This document shows, piece after piece, positions 20,062 through 30,115 of a stretch of DNA of 64,000 nt (positions within the stretch are counted from its first letter, which is position 1; every line of letters begins with the position of its first letter). Below the pieces are notes generated by a model. The model ran no database searches and had not been told where the DNA came from. It saw only the letters and a program-made list of their open reading frames with translations. The stretch is from Candidatus Babelota bacterium. GTDB taxonomy: Bacteria > Babelota > Babeliae > Babelales > CAIQNR01. The stretch covers positions 360,722 through 424,721 of the forward strand of contig CBFHTA010000001.1 in the NCBI GenBank assembly GCA_965658655.1, given 5' to 3'. The position numbers and the translations under genes were made by a program.

Positions 20062-21041
20062 AGGTTACGGTTTTAGGAAGTGGTGCATGGGGAACTGCTA
20101 TTGCAACTGTTCTTGCACACAACCATCATGAAGTGGTGATGTGGACATACGAAGAAGATGTTGTAAAGAGCATTAATCAAGAGCATATAAATGCATACTA
20201 TTTACCTGATATGCCGATTCATAATACTATTTGTGCTACAACCAATAAAGAAGAAGCTCTGCAAGATGCAGAGTGGGTTTTTGAAGCAGTTCCCGTTAAG
20301 TATATGCGTTCAGTTCTTAAAGAATGTGTTTCGTATTACAATCCAGCACAGAAGTGGGTTGTGTTAAGCAAAGGTATAGAAAAAGACACTTGTTTGTTGC
20401 CGGTGCATATTTTAGAAGAGTTATTTGGTAAAGATGTACAAAGTATTGTATTGGCTGGTCCTAGTTTTGCAAAAGAAGTTGTTGCTCAACAATTAACGTC
20501 TGTATCCATTGCTTCAAAAGACATGAAACTGTGTAATGCTTTAGAGCAATTGATGGAAACAGAGTATTTTACATTAGAAGCAACTAAAGATGTGAGAGGT
20601 GTGCAACTTTGTGCTGCTTTAAAAAATGTAGTAGCTCTTGGTATGGGCTTACTTGAAGGTCTTGGGTGCCAAGACAATACCAAAGCATTATTTTTTGCAC
20701 GTATATATCGAGAATTACGATCTTTTATTATAAAGGCAGGGGGTGATGGTGTTACTATGGAAGAGCCTGCGGGCTTAGGAGACTTAGTTCTCACAGCTTT
20801 TGGTGCTCAGAGTAAAAATCTTGCAGCTGGAAAAGCGTTTGTAATTGGAGAGGGCGGTCCGCATGAGCGTGCAGTACCAGAAAGTTTAAATACTATTGTT
20901 GCTGTTTATCAAATCTACCAAGGAAAACAGCAGTGGGGAGAGCCTTGTCCAATGGGTGATGAATATATTCTTTTGGAAGCTTTGTATGACATTGTTTCTA
21001 AGGAACAAGAACCTGCATATTTATTAGAAGTGCTTTCATAA
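20058..21041 (+). CDS. gpsA: NAD(P)H-dependent glycerol-3-phosphate dehydrogenase
   Basis: GSGAWGTA, SKGIE, GPSFA.EV, ALKNVVA and GLGDL. Confidence 0.92.
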   Translation: MKVTVLGSGAWGTAIATVLAHNHHEVVMWTYEEDVVKSINQEHINAYYLPDMPIHNTICATTNKEEALQDAEWVFEAVPVKYMRSVLKECVSYYNPAQKWVVLSKGIEKDTCLLPVHILEELFGKDVQSIVLAGPSFAKEVVAQQLTSVSIASKDMKLCNALEQLMETEYFTLEATKDVRGVQLCAALKNVVALGMGLLEGLGCQDNTKALFFARIYRELRSFIIKAGGDGVTMEEPAGLGDLVLTAFGAQSKNLAAGKAFVIGEGGPHERAVPESLNTIVAVYQIYQGKQQWGEPCPMGDEYILLEALYDIVSKEQEPAYLLEVLS

Positions 21042-21099
21042 AATATAACCTCCACTTGATGTTGTTGAAATCTCTTACATTTAGTTAAGGAGCTGATAA

Positions 21100-21414
21100 C
21101 TACTCTTGGTCTCCTTCTACCTCTTCGGCGTCTTCTTCCGTTGCATTTTGATATTTGTCGTACTCGTCTTGTAGATTATTATAAGCGTTAAAATCTATAC
21201 TACGGGTTAGCTCAAAATCTTCTAGTTCTTCTAGAACTATTGTTAAGATAGCAGAGAGTTGAGCTCTCAGTGTCCTGAGTTCATTGTGTGCGCGTTTTAA
21301 TTTTAGACTCATTTGTTCTATTTGTGGGGATTCATTAATTTGGTTTTCGGGAGCGGCGGCATTTACTTGAAGTGTTAAAAACGTAACAAAATAAACGATT
21401 AGATTTTTCTTCAT
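21100..21414 (-). CDS. Hypothetical exported coiled-coil protein
   Basis: Signal peptide ending VNA-A, GGAG RBS, acidic tail. Confidence 0.6.
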   Translation of the reverse strand: MKKNLIVYFVTFLTLQVNAAAPENQINESPQIEQMSLKLKRAHNELRTLRAQLSAILTIVLEELEDFELTRSIDFNAYNNLQDEYDKYQNATEEDAEEVEGDQE

Positions 21415-21481
21415 AGATTCTCCTAGGGTTGAAAAGAGTTATAAGAATTAGATGTAGAAAAAACGAGAGAGCGTTGTCAAT

Positions 21482-22198
21482 CTAAACCTTGAGTTGTACA
21501 GAAAAAGGTTCTTTAAGCGATACAAAAGATCCAGCCAATGGTTTTTGTTCAAAAATAATGCAACGATCACAGGTATGATGAGCAGAGGTGGTGTAAGTAT
21601 GATAAACAGTAACACCAATATTGTATTTTTCTAAAAATTGTTTTACTTCCGCAACAGGTTTTCCTTTATAAGATGGAAAAAGCAATACGTCTGATTCTTG
21701 TGAAGCAACATATAGAAGTGCGCCACTGGAAGGTATTTCTTTGCCTGCAGTAGGTATTTGAGCTACACATGTTCCTTCCGGTTTATCACTTTGAACCGGA
21801 AAGGTACGATAACGTATTTTTAAGTTTCTTAACGTTTTAGAATATTCATCAAGTGTTGTTCCTAGTACATTAGGAATGTGAGGTTGAACTGGCTTTTTTG
21901 AAAGAACAAAAAAGATTGTTTGTTGAGGCTTGATAGCACTTTGTGCCTGGGGTGTTTGACTAATAATAGTTCCTGCAGGAATATCTGCATCTTCTTGTTC
22001 AGTAATCATACGCATGTTTAGATTGTGTTGAGACAAAATAACAGCTGCCTCTGGTAATGTTTTACCAACAATGGGTGGTGCTTGAATAACGGAGCGATAG
22101 AAGAAATAAGAAAAAGATTGGTAGCCAAGTATAAAACATATAAATGGAGTGATCCAATATAAGTCTTTAATGTATTTTGAAAAAGAAGAAGGTGTCAT
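21482..22198 (-). CDS. PASTA domain membrane protein (three repeats)
   Basis: TM helix followed by PPIVGKT..A, GTIISQTP, PNVLG, VAQIP and EQKPLAG. Confidence 0.85.
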   Translation of the reverse strand: MTPSSFSKYIKDLYWITPFICFILGYQSFSYFFYRSVIQAPPIVGKTLPEAAVILSQHNLNMRMITEQEDADIPAGTIISQTPQAQSAIKPQQTIFFVLSKKPVQPHIPNVLGTTLDEYSKTLRNLKIRYRTFPVQSDKPEGTCVAQIPTAGKEIPSSGALLYVASQESDVLLFPSYKGKPVAEVKQFLEKYNIGVTVYHTYTTSAHHTCDRCIIFEQKPLAGSFVSLKEPFSVQLKV

Positions 22199-22211
22199 AT
22201 TTAAAACTTCG

Positions 22212-22590
22212 ATTATCTGCAGTTTAACAATAAGCCGGATTCTGTATCTATTGAATCAATTCAATAAATGGCAATCATGTATCTAAGCGACATACCCGCA
22301 TGTTTAACCGGAACAAACGACCGACACATGCCTATTTTGTCTTGCTCCAAGCAGGGTTTACCCCACATATATATTACTATATATGCCCGTGCGCTCTTAC
22401 CGCACATTTTCACCCTTACCAACTACCAATGTAGAAGGCGGTTTATTTTCTGTGGCACTTTCCGTGAGTTCACACTCCCCTTGATTGAAAACTTACGTTT
22501 TCTTCCAAGGTGCTTTGTTCGTTAGGAGTCCGGACTTTCCTCTCTCAAGATTGCTCTTAAAAGCGATTGCCTCGTCTAACTGCAGATAAC
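22212..22590 (-). ncRNA. rnpB: RNase P RNA
   Basis: Minus strand GAGGAAAGTCCGGAC near the 5' end, ACAGAATCCGGCTTA near the 3' end; P1 helix gttatctgcagtt/aactgcagataat. Confidence 0.95.
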
Positions 22591-23015
22591 CATTTCAAAG
22601 AAAAATACATTATAACAAAATTACCAATAAATTTTAAGCTTGTACAGTGGTTGGAAAACCAGTCTGTTTTACAGCTTAAAATGCCTGTGTATGATGTGAA
22701 AAGCAAGAAGAATAAAAGTAATAAAGCTAAGAGCCATTCCTTTAGAGCGGTAGTATTGAGCATATACAAAGCAACGCAATAGCTACCTAAAGCGGCAAAA
22801 AAGTCTATCCCTAAAGTAGTATGAACGACCATTGACTCTGCACTCAAAAGAAAAAAAGCAAGAGCAGCAAGGGGTAACGAGTGTCTCTTTGTGAGATTTG
22901 TTAAAGAAAATATATAGAGAAAATAAAGACATTGTTGAGAAAAAATTTGAATGAAAAAGATGTCTAAAAAAAAGAAAAAAACAATAAAAGAAACAAAATA
23001 TAATTCCTGATACAT
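22557..23015 (-). CDS. Polytopic membrane protein (possibly MreD-like)
   Basis: About five TM segments, ~150 aa; ATG at 23015; stop lies within rnpB. Confidence 0.55.
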   Translation of the reverse strand: MYQELYFVSFIVFFFFLDIFFIQIFSQQCLYFLYIFSLTNLTKRHSLPLAALAFFLLSAESMVVHTTLGIDFFAALGSYCVALYMLNTTALKEWLLALLLLFFLLFTSYTGILSCKTDWFSNHCTSLKFIGNFVIMYFSLKWLSAVRRGNRF

Positions 23016-23140
23016 TATTCTACATTTCAATGAAAGATTCTAATCTGATTATCCTTGTTATTCTATGTTGACAATTAATGTTGATCAAGTAGATTATAGG
23101 CGTTGTTGAAAATCTTTAAATTTTTCGGGAGTTTAATTAT

Positions 23141-23431
23141 ATGAAGAGTAAAGTAATGGCAGTTGTATTAGCAACTTCTTTGTTCACAGCTGTTCCATCT
23201 TTAGCTACTGATGCACCATCTACTGTAGCACCATCTACCGATGCGGCTACTGCTAAAAGTTGGGGAATTGGTTCTATGGTTAGCACAGTCTTGAATGCAC
23301 CAGGAAGCTGGCATAAATCGCATCCAAAAATTACTGGAACATTGGCTCTTGCAGTAGTTGCAATAATTGCTTACAACTTAGGCAAAGACAGCGATGAAGA
23401 AAAAAGTAAAAAAGCAGAAGAACTAATCTAA
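23141..23431 (+). CDS. Small exported protein with C-terminal TM anchor
   Basis: GGAG RBS, signal peptide, APST repeats, TM helix and charged tail; own terminator. Confidence 0.75.
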   Translation: MKSKVMAVVLATSLFTAVPSLATDAPSTVAPSTDAATAKSWGIGSMVSTVLNAPGSWHKSHPKITGTLALAVVAIIAYNLGKDSDEEKSKKAEELI

Positions 23432-23467
23432 TCTGCTTTTTAAAATGGGGTTTATAGATATTGAAAA

Positions 23468-23500
23468 ATAAAAGGCTGCTTATGCGGCCTTTTATCTTTA
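23468..23500 (+). terminator. Intrinsic terminator
   Basis: ataaaaggctgc-ttat-gcggccttttat followed by cttta. Confidence 0.7.
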
Positions 23501-23512
23501 TTAAGGAATCGA

Positions 23513-25414
23513 GTGAAAAAAGCGTTCAGAAGATTTTTTTTAAAAAGTGGCCTTGCTCTTTTTTTTAATCTTACTGCTTTTACTGCTGGGTTTCTCTTTT
23601 TTTTATTTCGTCATCCTATTGTAGATTTTTCTGTTTTAGAGCGATATGACCCAGGAAAGCCGTCTATTCTTTTAGATGAAAAAGGGAAAGAATGGGGAAG
23701 GTTCCAGTTTGATAAACGCGAACCAATTAGTATAAGACAAATGCCCCCTCATCTCTTGCAAGCATTCATCGCAGCAGAAGATTGGGAATTTTATAATCAT
23801 ACTGGTTTATCCTGGCGAGGGATGATTCGTTCTGCGCTTGTGAATCTTTATTATGGGCGTATTGTGCAAGGTGCCAGTACTATTACACAGCAACTTGTTA
23901 AGCTTTTATATTTTGATCCTACTCGAAGCTTTAGAAGAAAGTTAAAAGAGCAGTTTTTTACGTTAATGGTAGAGCGCCAATTTACTAAAGATCAAATTTT
24001 AGAAACGTATTTAAATCATGTGTATTTTGGATGTGGTATCTATGGAGTAGAAGCAGCTACGCAAAGATTCTGGAATAAGAAGGCTGCCGATCTTTCTGTT
24101 GATCAGGCAGCAACTCTAGCTGCAGTTGTGTGTTCGCCAGGTAATTATTGTCCTTTATTGTATCCTCTTTCGTCTGAGCATCGACGTAATGTTGTATTAG
24201 GAAAAATGAAACGTTTGAAATTTATTTCTTCTGAACAGCATAAACGAGCAACAAATATGTCTCTTGCATTGGAATCTCCAGATGCATTAAAGATTGCCCC
24301 TCATTTAAAAGAAACGCTTCGTACATGGTTAGAAGAAAAGTACGGTAAACGGCGTTTGTATAGTGGTGGATTAAAAATTCAAACAACGCTTAATGCGCAG
24401 TTGCAACGTAAAGCAGAGCAATCTTTTAAAGAGCATTTTAAAAAAATTCGTCAGCAGTACGGAGGTGATATTGAGGGTGCTTTAATTACTGTTGAACGAA
24501 CAACGGGAGAGATTAAAGCATTAATTGGAGGAGTTGATTTCTCTGGTTCTCAATTTAACAGAGCATTGCAAGCATATCGACAACAAGGTTCGGTATTTAA
24601 GCCGGTTTTATATGCAACGGCTTTAGAGAACGGAATGAGTTTGTTAGACACCGCCATTGATGAACCTTTAAAAATTAAAACTGGAGGTGCTTTATGGGAA
24701 CCTCGTAACCATACACGTACCTTTGAAGGAGAAATGACTCTTGCTCGGGCACTTTCTTATTCAAATAATATAATTTCCATTAAAACCTTGCTTGAGGTGG
24801 GAGTGCAGAAAGTTATAGCTTCGGCACGTAAAATGCATATTAAAGGACAGTTGAAGCCATATCCTTCTTTGGCGTTAGGATGTGTTGATAGCACTTTGTT
24901 TGAGGTCGTTGGCATGTTTAATGTTTTTTCTAATGATGGAGTGTATGTTGAGCCTTATAGTGTACGTTGGATTAAAGATGAATGGGGTAAAAAGATTTAT
25001 AGAAAATCATATAAAAAAGAGCCTGTTATTTCTCAGTGCGTTGCAAATCAAATCGCTAAAACATTAACTGCTGGCATGGAGAGGAAAAGAAAAACTGCTA
25101 AACATTGGATAGATTCTCAAGCTATGAGCAAAACGGGAACTACCAATGATTCCCGTACTTGTTGGTTTGCAGGTTCTACACCTGAGCTTACAACAGCATT
25201 ATATATTGGGTCTGATGACAATCGTCCTCTTGGACAAAATGTGTATCCTGTACATACTGCGTATCCTATTTGGCTTGCATTGCATAAACAAGTACCTACA
25301 AGAATAAAGCAATTTTCTTTCGATCCTTCTTTAAAGCCTGTTCTGGCAGACTGGAAAACAGGAAAAATAGTTGCATATGAAGATTCTAAGGAAGTTCACT
25401 CTCTGCTTGTATAG
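23513..25414 (+). CDS. Class A penicillin-binding protein (PBP1A family)
   Basis: GT motifs AEDWEFY.H.G, QGASTITQQL and LETYLN; TP motifs SVFK, SNN and KTG. Confidence 0.93.
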   Translation: MKKAFRRFFLKSGLALFFNLTAFTAGFLFFLFRHPIVDFSVLERYDPGKPSILLDEKGKEWGRFQFDKREPISIRQMPPHLLQAFIAAEDWEFYNHTGLSWRGMIRSALVNLYYGRIVQGASTITQQLVKLLYFDPTRSFRRKLKEQFFTLMVERQFTKDQILETYLNHVYFGCGIYGVEAATQRFWNKKAADLSVDQAATLAAVVCSPGNYCPLLYPLSSEHRRNVVLGKMKRLKFISSEQHKRATNMSLALESPDALKIAPHLKETLRTWLEEKYGKRRLYSGGLKIQTTLNAQLQRKAEQSFKEHFKKIRQQYGGDIEGALITVERTTGEIKALIGGVDFSGSQFNRALQAYRQQGSVFKPVLYATALENGMSLLDTAIDEPLKIKTGGALWEPRNHTRTFEGEMTLARALSYSNNIISIKTLLEVGVQKVIASARKMHIKGQLKPYPSLALGCVDSTLFEVVGMFNVFSNDGVYVEPYSVRWIKDEWGKKIYRKSYKKEPVISQCVANQIAKTLTAGMERKRKTAKHWIDSQAMSKTGTTNDSRTCWFAGSTPELTTALYIGSDDNRPLGQNVYPVHTAYPIWLALHKQVPTRIKQFSFDPSLKPVLADWKTGKIVAYEDSKEVHSLLV

Positions 25415-25480
25415 TTGACTCTTTCTTTTCAATTAAGGTACACCTGAAAGGAACTTTGCTTGAAGTAGAAAGGATTAGTA

Positions 25481-27196
25481 ATGGTTAAAAAACGAGGTTT
25501 TCTCTTTATTGTAATGTTAGCGTGGAGTGTTAATCTTCATGGCAAAAGCTGGGGCAGCATTGGAAACCAATGGGTAAGTGGGTTTCACAGTGTTTATCAT
25601 GTAATAAAAGGAATTGGGGGCGCTCTTGCTCAAATGGTTGGGCATATTCCTTCTGGTTATGTATTTAACTTTAGGGTTTACAATGGCGTGCAAAGCACTG
25701 TGCATGTTCAAACGCGTCATTACGATAAAGTCATGGGGGGAAGGTTTAAAGGAGACATAAGCAACTCGACCAACATTGAGCCTGGGGGAAATTCAGAGGA
25801 TGCTTTTAGTCAGAGTAATGTACATTTATATTGCAACTTAGAGATTCCAGATTGTGGGTACAGCGAGAATCATTATACTTTAGGGGAAAAACACGACAAA
25901 ACAGTGTATGTATATCATACCTACAACGATCCAGATTCACATGCGCCAAGAGCAGAGCGCTTGGGAGCAGTAAAAGGAGGAAGTGGTGCTTTTAGTGGTT
26001 TAATTTATAACGGTGCAGGAGAAACGGCAGTAGTGGATTTTGTATGGAATAAAAAGCGGATACAAATACCAGTTGAGCCAGGAACGTTTAATGCATTGAA
26101 ATCTACAACTAATAATCCTTTGCGTCCCTCTACGTTAGGGTTGAATGGAAAAGGAGTTGCTATTGGAGCAACGGGATTTGGAACTTCAGTAACGAGTGGT
26201 TCTGGAAAAAAAGCTACACAAGTTTCTATTCCAACTCGTTATAATTATCAAATTACTTCTAATGGTGGAATTGAAACAGGATTATTTCCAGGAAACTTTA
26301 AGCAGCCTGCTTCAGGCACCCAATTACGAGACATTACACCAATGAGTTGTCAAATTTGGAATGAACTTATAGCTACTTCAGAGGGAAAAGCGTGGAGTTT
26401 GAAGCCTATCAGTATGGTTAACGAACCATTATGGTATATGTATACGGGTCAAGGAATTAATCTTCAAGGTAAGATTGTGGATAAACCAATTGGTCAAATT
26501 CCTTCAGGAAAGTGCGCGTCTCTTACTTTACTTAGGCCTTCTGTAAAGCAAGGTACTGCGAAATTATATATGGTTCGTATTCGTACTACTGATACAGCAT
26601 TAGCAGGAGCATTTTTGTCTCAATTAGCAACTATGAAGTTACCTCCATATAATATTAAAGCTCCTAGTCAAAAATTTATTGAAGAAACAGAGAAAACCCT
26701 TCTTTCGGAAAAACTTTCTGATGACGTTGGATATGTAACTAGCTCCAATGGGATTAGAGGAGTCATTATAGGAATGGATATTTTTGCTCCTTATGGAGCT
26801 GCATCGGTTGGTCCATATTATTATACTGTTCCGGCACCTGAGTATGCTGTTTCATCTGTACAGTCAGTCTTTACGCAATGTATTACTAATTTAACTTCTG
26901 CAGCGAGTAAAGAACTTAATAATTATATTCAAGCATGGATAGAAGCGTATCCAACAAAGCCTCTAGAAGTAAGGAAAGCATTAGAAGTATTTTTAATAAA
27001 AAATGGTTCTAAAAGTATGATCGTAAAAAATGGTGATGAAGAAAGTTTGAACTCCACAGGATACGCCCTTTTAGATACTCTTTTATATGGACCAAAAAGT
27101 GTGAGTCGTATGCCAATATGGTATCCAAACGCAAGAAAAACAACTATTACACAGCCAGCTATTTGGGCAACTGCAGATAATGTTGTACCTTTGTAG
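25481..27196 (+). CDS. Large hypothetical exported protein
   Basis: Signal peptide, beta/Gly-rich N-terminal part, helical C-terminal part. Confidence 0.7.
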   Translation: MVKKRGFLFIVMLAWSVNLHGKSWGSIGNQWVSGFHSVYHVIKGIGGALAQMVGHIPSGYVFNFRVYNGVQSTVHVQTRHYDKVMGGRFKGDISNSTNIEPGGNSEDAFSQSNVHLYCNLEIPDCGYSENHYTLGEKHDKTVYVYHTYNDPDSHAPRAERLGAVKGGSGAFSGLIYNGAGETAVVDFVWNKKRIQIPVEPGTFNALKSTTNNPLRPSTLGLNGKGVAIGATGFGTSVTSGSGKKATQVSIPTRYNYQITSNGGIETGLFPGNFKQPASGTQLRDITPMSCQIWNELIATSEGKAWSLKPISMVNEPLWYMYTGQGINLQGKIVDKPIGQIPSGKCASLTLLRPSVKQGTAKLYMVRIRTTDTALAGAFLSQLATMKLPPYNIKAPSQKFIEETEKTLLSEKLSDDVGYVTSSNGIRGVIIGMDIFAPYGAASVGPYYYTVPAPEYAVSSVQSVFTQCITNLTSAASKELNNYIQAWIEAYPTKPLEVRKALEVFLIKNGSKSMIVKNGDEESLNSTGYALLDTLLYGPKSVSRMPIWYPNARKTTITQPAIWATADNVVPL

Positions 27197-28181
27197 CTAA
27201 AGCTTGTGTGTTATGGGTTAGTTGTTTTTGTTCAAGTACTGTAAAAGAATCAGGGTACATGGATTGCATAGCGTAGGCATTGTCCAATTGATGAGAATTG
27301 CCAGAAATTTCTAACGGAATTGTTATACACGGTTTTTTGAAAAATGCCGTTTCAAAAAGGGTGCCGGCTCCCGATCGACAGATTACAATATCAGTTGCTT
27401 GATAGTAGGAAACTAGATCCTGCTCATATTCAAAAACATATGCCGGAATATGCATTTGTGCATAAAAGAGTTTTAGTTGTTCGATCTCGTTATTACCAGC
27501 CTGATGAATTATTTGAATTTGTGTTCTATCAACCTGTTGCATGGTTGTGCATAAAAGAGTATTTAGAAAAACAGATCCTTGCGATCCACCCAAAATGAGA
27601 ATCGTTTTTTTATTTTCATCATAGCCAAGTTTTTTAATTGCTTCAGCTTTATTAGATGCATTGCTTTGGTTAGGAGAAAAACGTAATGGATAGGGTTCGA
27701 GTATGCATGAAGACCCTAGGTATTTTTGTGTTTCTTTAAAACAGATAGAAAGCTTCTTTGCAAACGGTGCTAGCACTCGAGAAGCCCGCCCTGGTTTTAC
27801 ATTGAGTTCAAAAAGCTCTATAGGAACAAATGCACAACGTGCGGCAAGGCATACAGGCAGAGACAAATAACCACCTGTACTAATTATTTTTTTAGGTCTT
27901 TTTTTTATAAAAATTACAAAACTTGTGAAAAAGCTTCTTGTAAATTGCCAGATAAAAAGAGGAAAAAACCAAGGTTTTCTGTAGGGGACGTTGCCCAGTG
28001 TTAGTGTTACTTGTTGTGATATCCAGGGAAATTTTTCACTAATATTGTTATCAAGTTCTTTATGTGAAGTGAAAAAAAATATTTCTGTGGTGTCTGACTT
28101 TTCTTGTTCTAGTTTTGTAAGGCAGGGAATTATATGCCCACCTGAGCGTGCGGCAACACCGCAGATTATTGTTTTTGTCAT
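27159..28181 (-). CDS. murG: Lipid II GlcNAc transferase MurG
   Basis: SGGHIIP, GGYLS.P, ELN..PG, GGSQGS, RSGAGT and HQLDNA. Confidence 0.92.
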   Translation of the reverse strand: MTKTIICGVAARSGGHIIPCLTKLEQEKSDTTEIFFFTSHKELDNNISEKFPWISQQVTLTLGNVPYRKPWFFPLFIWQFTRSFFTSFVIFIKKRPKKIISTGGYLSLPVCLAARCAFVPIELFELNVKPGRASRVLAPFAKKLSICFKETQKYLGSSCILEPYPLRFSPNQSNASNKAEAIKKLGYDENKKTILILGGSQGSVFLNTLLCTTMQQVDRTQIQIIHQAGNNEIEQLKLFYAQMHIPAYVFEYEQDLVSYYQATDIVICRSGAGTLFETAFFKKPCITIPLEISGNSHQLDNAYAMQSMYPDSFTVLEQKQLTHNTQALATKVQHYLQLPK

Positions 28182-28184
28182 GAT

Positions 28185-28622
28185 TTACTTTGTTTTGCAG
28201 CGCGATAAAAAGAGATGCAGCGCATCTCGCATTTCTTTGTCTTTTATTTTTAATAATGCTCCAGATTCAAGAGAATTGAGTGGTATCTTTTTTCTTTCTA
28301 GAGGAGCCTTTATTTTCTTTTTAGGAATAATTACGGGAGTAGATTTCTTTGTTGTATATTTAAGACGTATCTTTTTTAAGTATGGTTTATCTAGATGACC
28401 ATTAATTGTTTTGAGTAACACAGCAGAAAGCATATAAAGTTCTTGAAGCCAACTTACGTCGTAAACTCCAATGATAATGGTATCTCCGTGTATTTTTTCG
28501 AGTGTTATTTTATCGTGTAAATTTCCTACAATAGCTGGCCAATCTGTAAGCAACTTTGTTTTCCAAGAGTTGGTACTTAAACTAAAAGAACTACTAAGAA
28601 CTGTTTTGAGCGATTTAAACAT
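28185..28622 (-). CDS. DUF721/DciA family protein
   Basis: WPAIVG..., I.V..VSWLQEL..L...LLKTIN pattern. Confidence 0.75.
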   Translation of the reverse strand: MFKSLKTVLSSSFSLSTNSWKTKLLTDWPAIVGNLHDKITLEKIHGDTIIIGVYDVSWLQELYMLSAVLLKTINGHLDKPYLKKIRLKYTTKKSTPVIIPKKKIKAPLERKKIPLNSLESGALLKIKDKEMRDALHLFLSRCKTK

Positions 28623-28625
28623 ATT

Positions 28626-29351
28626 CTATACCAATGATTTTTGTAAAAATAAGTTACGCCAAAATATCTTTGAACTTCCAGGCATTGGAGGATTAGCAAG
28701 GGCTTGCTCAAAGAGGTCTATCATACGCTTTGTTTTTGCAATTTGTGTACTACTTCCAGAAGTAACTATTTTTTTATAATGGGTACACCAATATTCTAAA
28801 AAGAGATCAACAAGCTCTCGACTTTCAATTTCAGTTATCTGAGTGCTACTTAATTCCTTTAAGAATGCATGAGGATCAATTGCAAGCGACATAAAGTGAG
28901 TTCCAAAAGCCAAGGGCTGACCATTGGTAATTGTTGTGCCGTATGATTCAATTACACAGCGAGATCGAATGGTTGGTAATACTAGTTGTTTGCGTTGTGC
29001 GGTAAAAATAAAATGGTAACCATTAGGTGGTTCTTCAACAATCTTGAGTAAGCTATTAGCGCATGCAGGAGTTAAGAAATCTGCTTTGGTTAAAACAAAA
29101 AAATATTTTTGATTTTGTTCTAAAGAGAGTTCTGTTTTTTTAAAGATGCTCTCTAGAAGATCTAATGTGTAGCGCTTTTCTGGTTCTATCCACAAAACAC
29201 TGTGATGTTGTTTATCTTTAATCAAATTACAAATGGTACAGGTTCCACAGTTGTTCTCTTGGCAAAACAGTGTTTGTAAATATTTGTTTACAACGGCTTG
29301 CGTTTGTATGTGTGGAACAATAAAAAGCTGTGCAGGTGCAATTTGATTCAT
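28626..29351 (-). CDS. holB: DNA polymerase III delta' subunit
   Basis: CGTCTIC zinc motif, ANSLLKIVEEPP and LPTIRSRC; follows tmk. Confidence 0.88.
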   Translation of the reverse strand: MNQIAPAQLFIVPHIQTQAVVNKYLQTLFCQENNCGTCTICNLIKDKQHHSVLWIEPEKRYTLDLLESIFKKTELSLEQNQKYFFVLTKADFLTPACANSLLKIVEEPPNGYHFIFTAQRKQLVLPTIRSRCVIESYGTTITNGQPLAFGTHFMSLAIDPHAFLKELSSTQITEIESRELVDLFLEYWCTHYKKIVTSGSSTQIAKTKRMIDLFEQALANPPMPGSSKIFWRNLFLQKSLV

Positions 29352-29354
29352 ATT

Positions 29355-29978
29355 TTAGGTACCAATGCGTTTGTAAATTTCTTCTATAGCTTTATCAGCA
29401 AGTGCTTCTGGTGACTCTTTTGCATCAAGTATAACAACGTTATCTTGATTTTTGAAAAGGTCCTCAAAGGCTTCAAGGGTTTTTTGAATAAATGCTTCTT
29501 CTTGTTCAAAGACGGTAAGGTCATGGTTACGTTTTTGAATTCTCTCAAGAGCTTCTTTTACGGACAGCTTTAAATAAAAAGTTAAACTTGGCACAACATT
29601 GTTCATGGCCCAAGTGTTAATAGATTTAATAGTATTTATATCAAGACCTCGTGCGTACCCTTGATAAACTACAGACGAATCTGCCATACGGTCTGAGATA
29701 ACAATAGACCCTTCTTTAAGAGAAGGAATTACTAATTTTTCCAAGTGTTCTGCTCTGCTTGCTGCAAATAATAAAAATTCTGCTTTGGGGCACATTTCTG
29801 CATTTGTCGCTAAAAGAATAGATCTAATTTCTTCTCCCAGGGGAGTTCCGCCGGGTTCTTTAGTAAGCACACAGGAATACTCAGAAAGCTTATGATGGAT
29901 ATTTTTTGCAAGGGATGACTTTCCCGATCCATCGATTCCTTCAATAGAAATTAGAAAGCCGTTTGGTATTATCTGCAT
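29355..29978 (-). CDS. tmk: Thymidylate kinase
   Basis: EGIDGSGKS, EPGGT and SDR...SS.VYQG. Confidence 0.96.
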   Translation of the reverse strand: MQIIPNGFLISIEGIDGSGKSSLAKNIHHKLSEYSCVLTKEPGGTPLGEEIRSILLATNAEMCPKAEFLLFAASRAEHLEKLVIPSLKEGSIVISDRMADSSVVYQGYARGLDINTIKSINTWAMNNVVPSLTFYLKLSVKEALERIQKRNHDLTVFEQEEAFIQKTLEAFEDLFKNQDNVVILDAKESPEALADKAIEEIYKRIGT

Positions 29979-30115
29979 ACTGAGCCACTATTGTTTAAGA
30001 TGTCATTAAAAGTTTTCTCAATAGTATAGCGAGAATCACAAAATAAAAAACGTGCGATCTTTAAAAAAATGATTTAAAGTGAAAAACGGGTCGTTTTTAA
30101 AAGAGGATCTGAGTT

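Noticed and set aside
22268..22525. 85-aa + strand ORF
   Set aside because: Antisense to the RNase P RNA gene.
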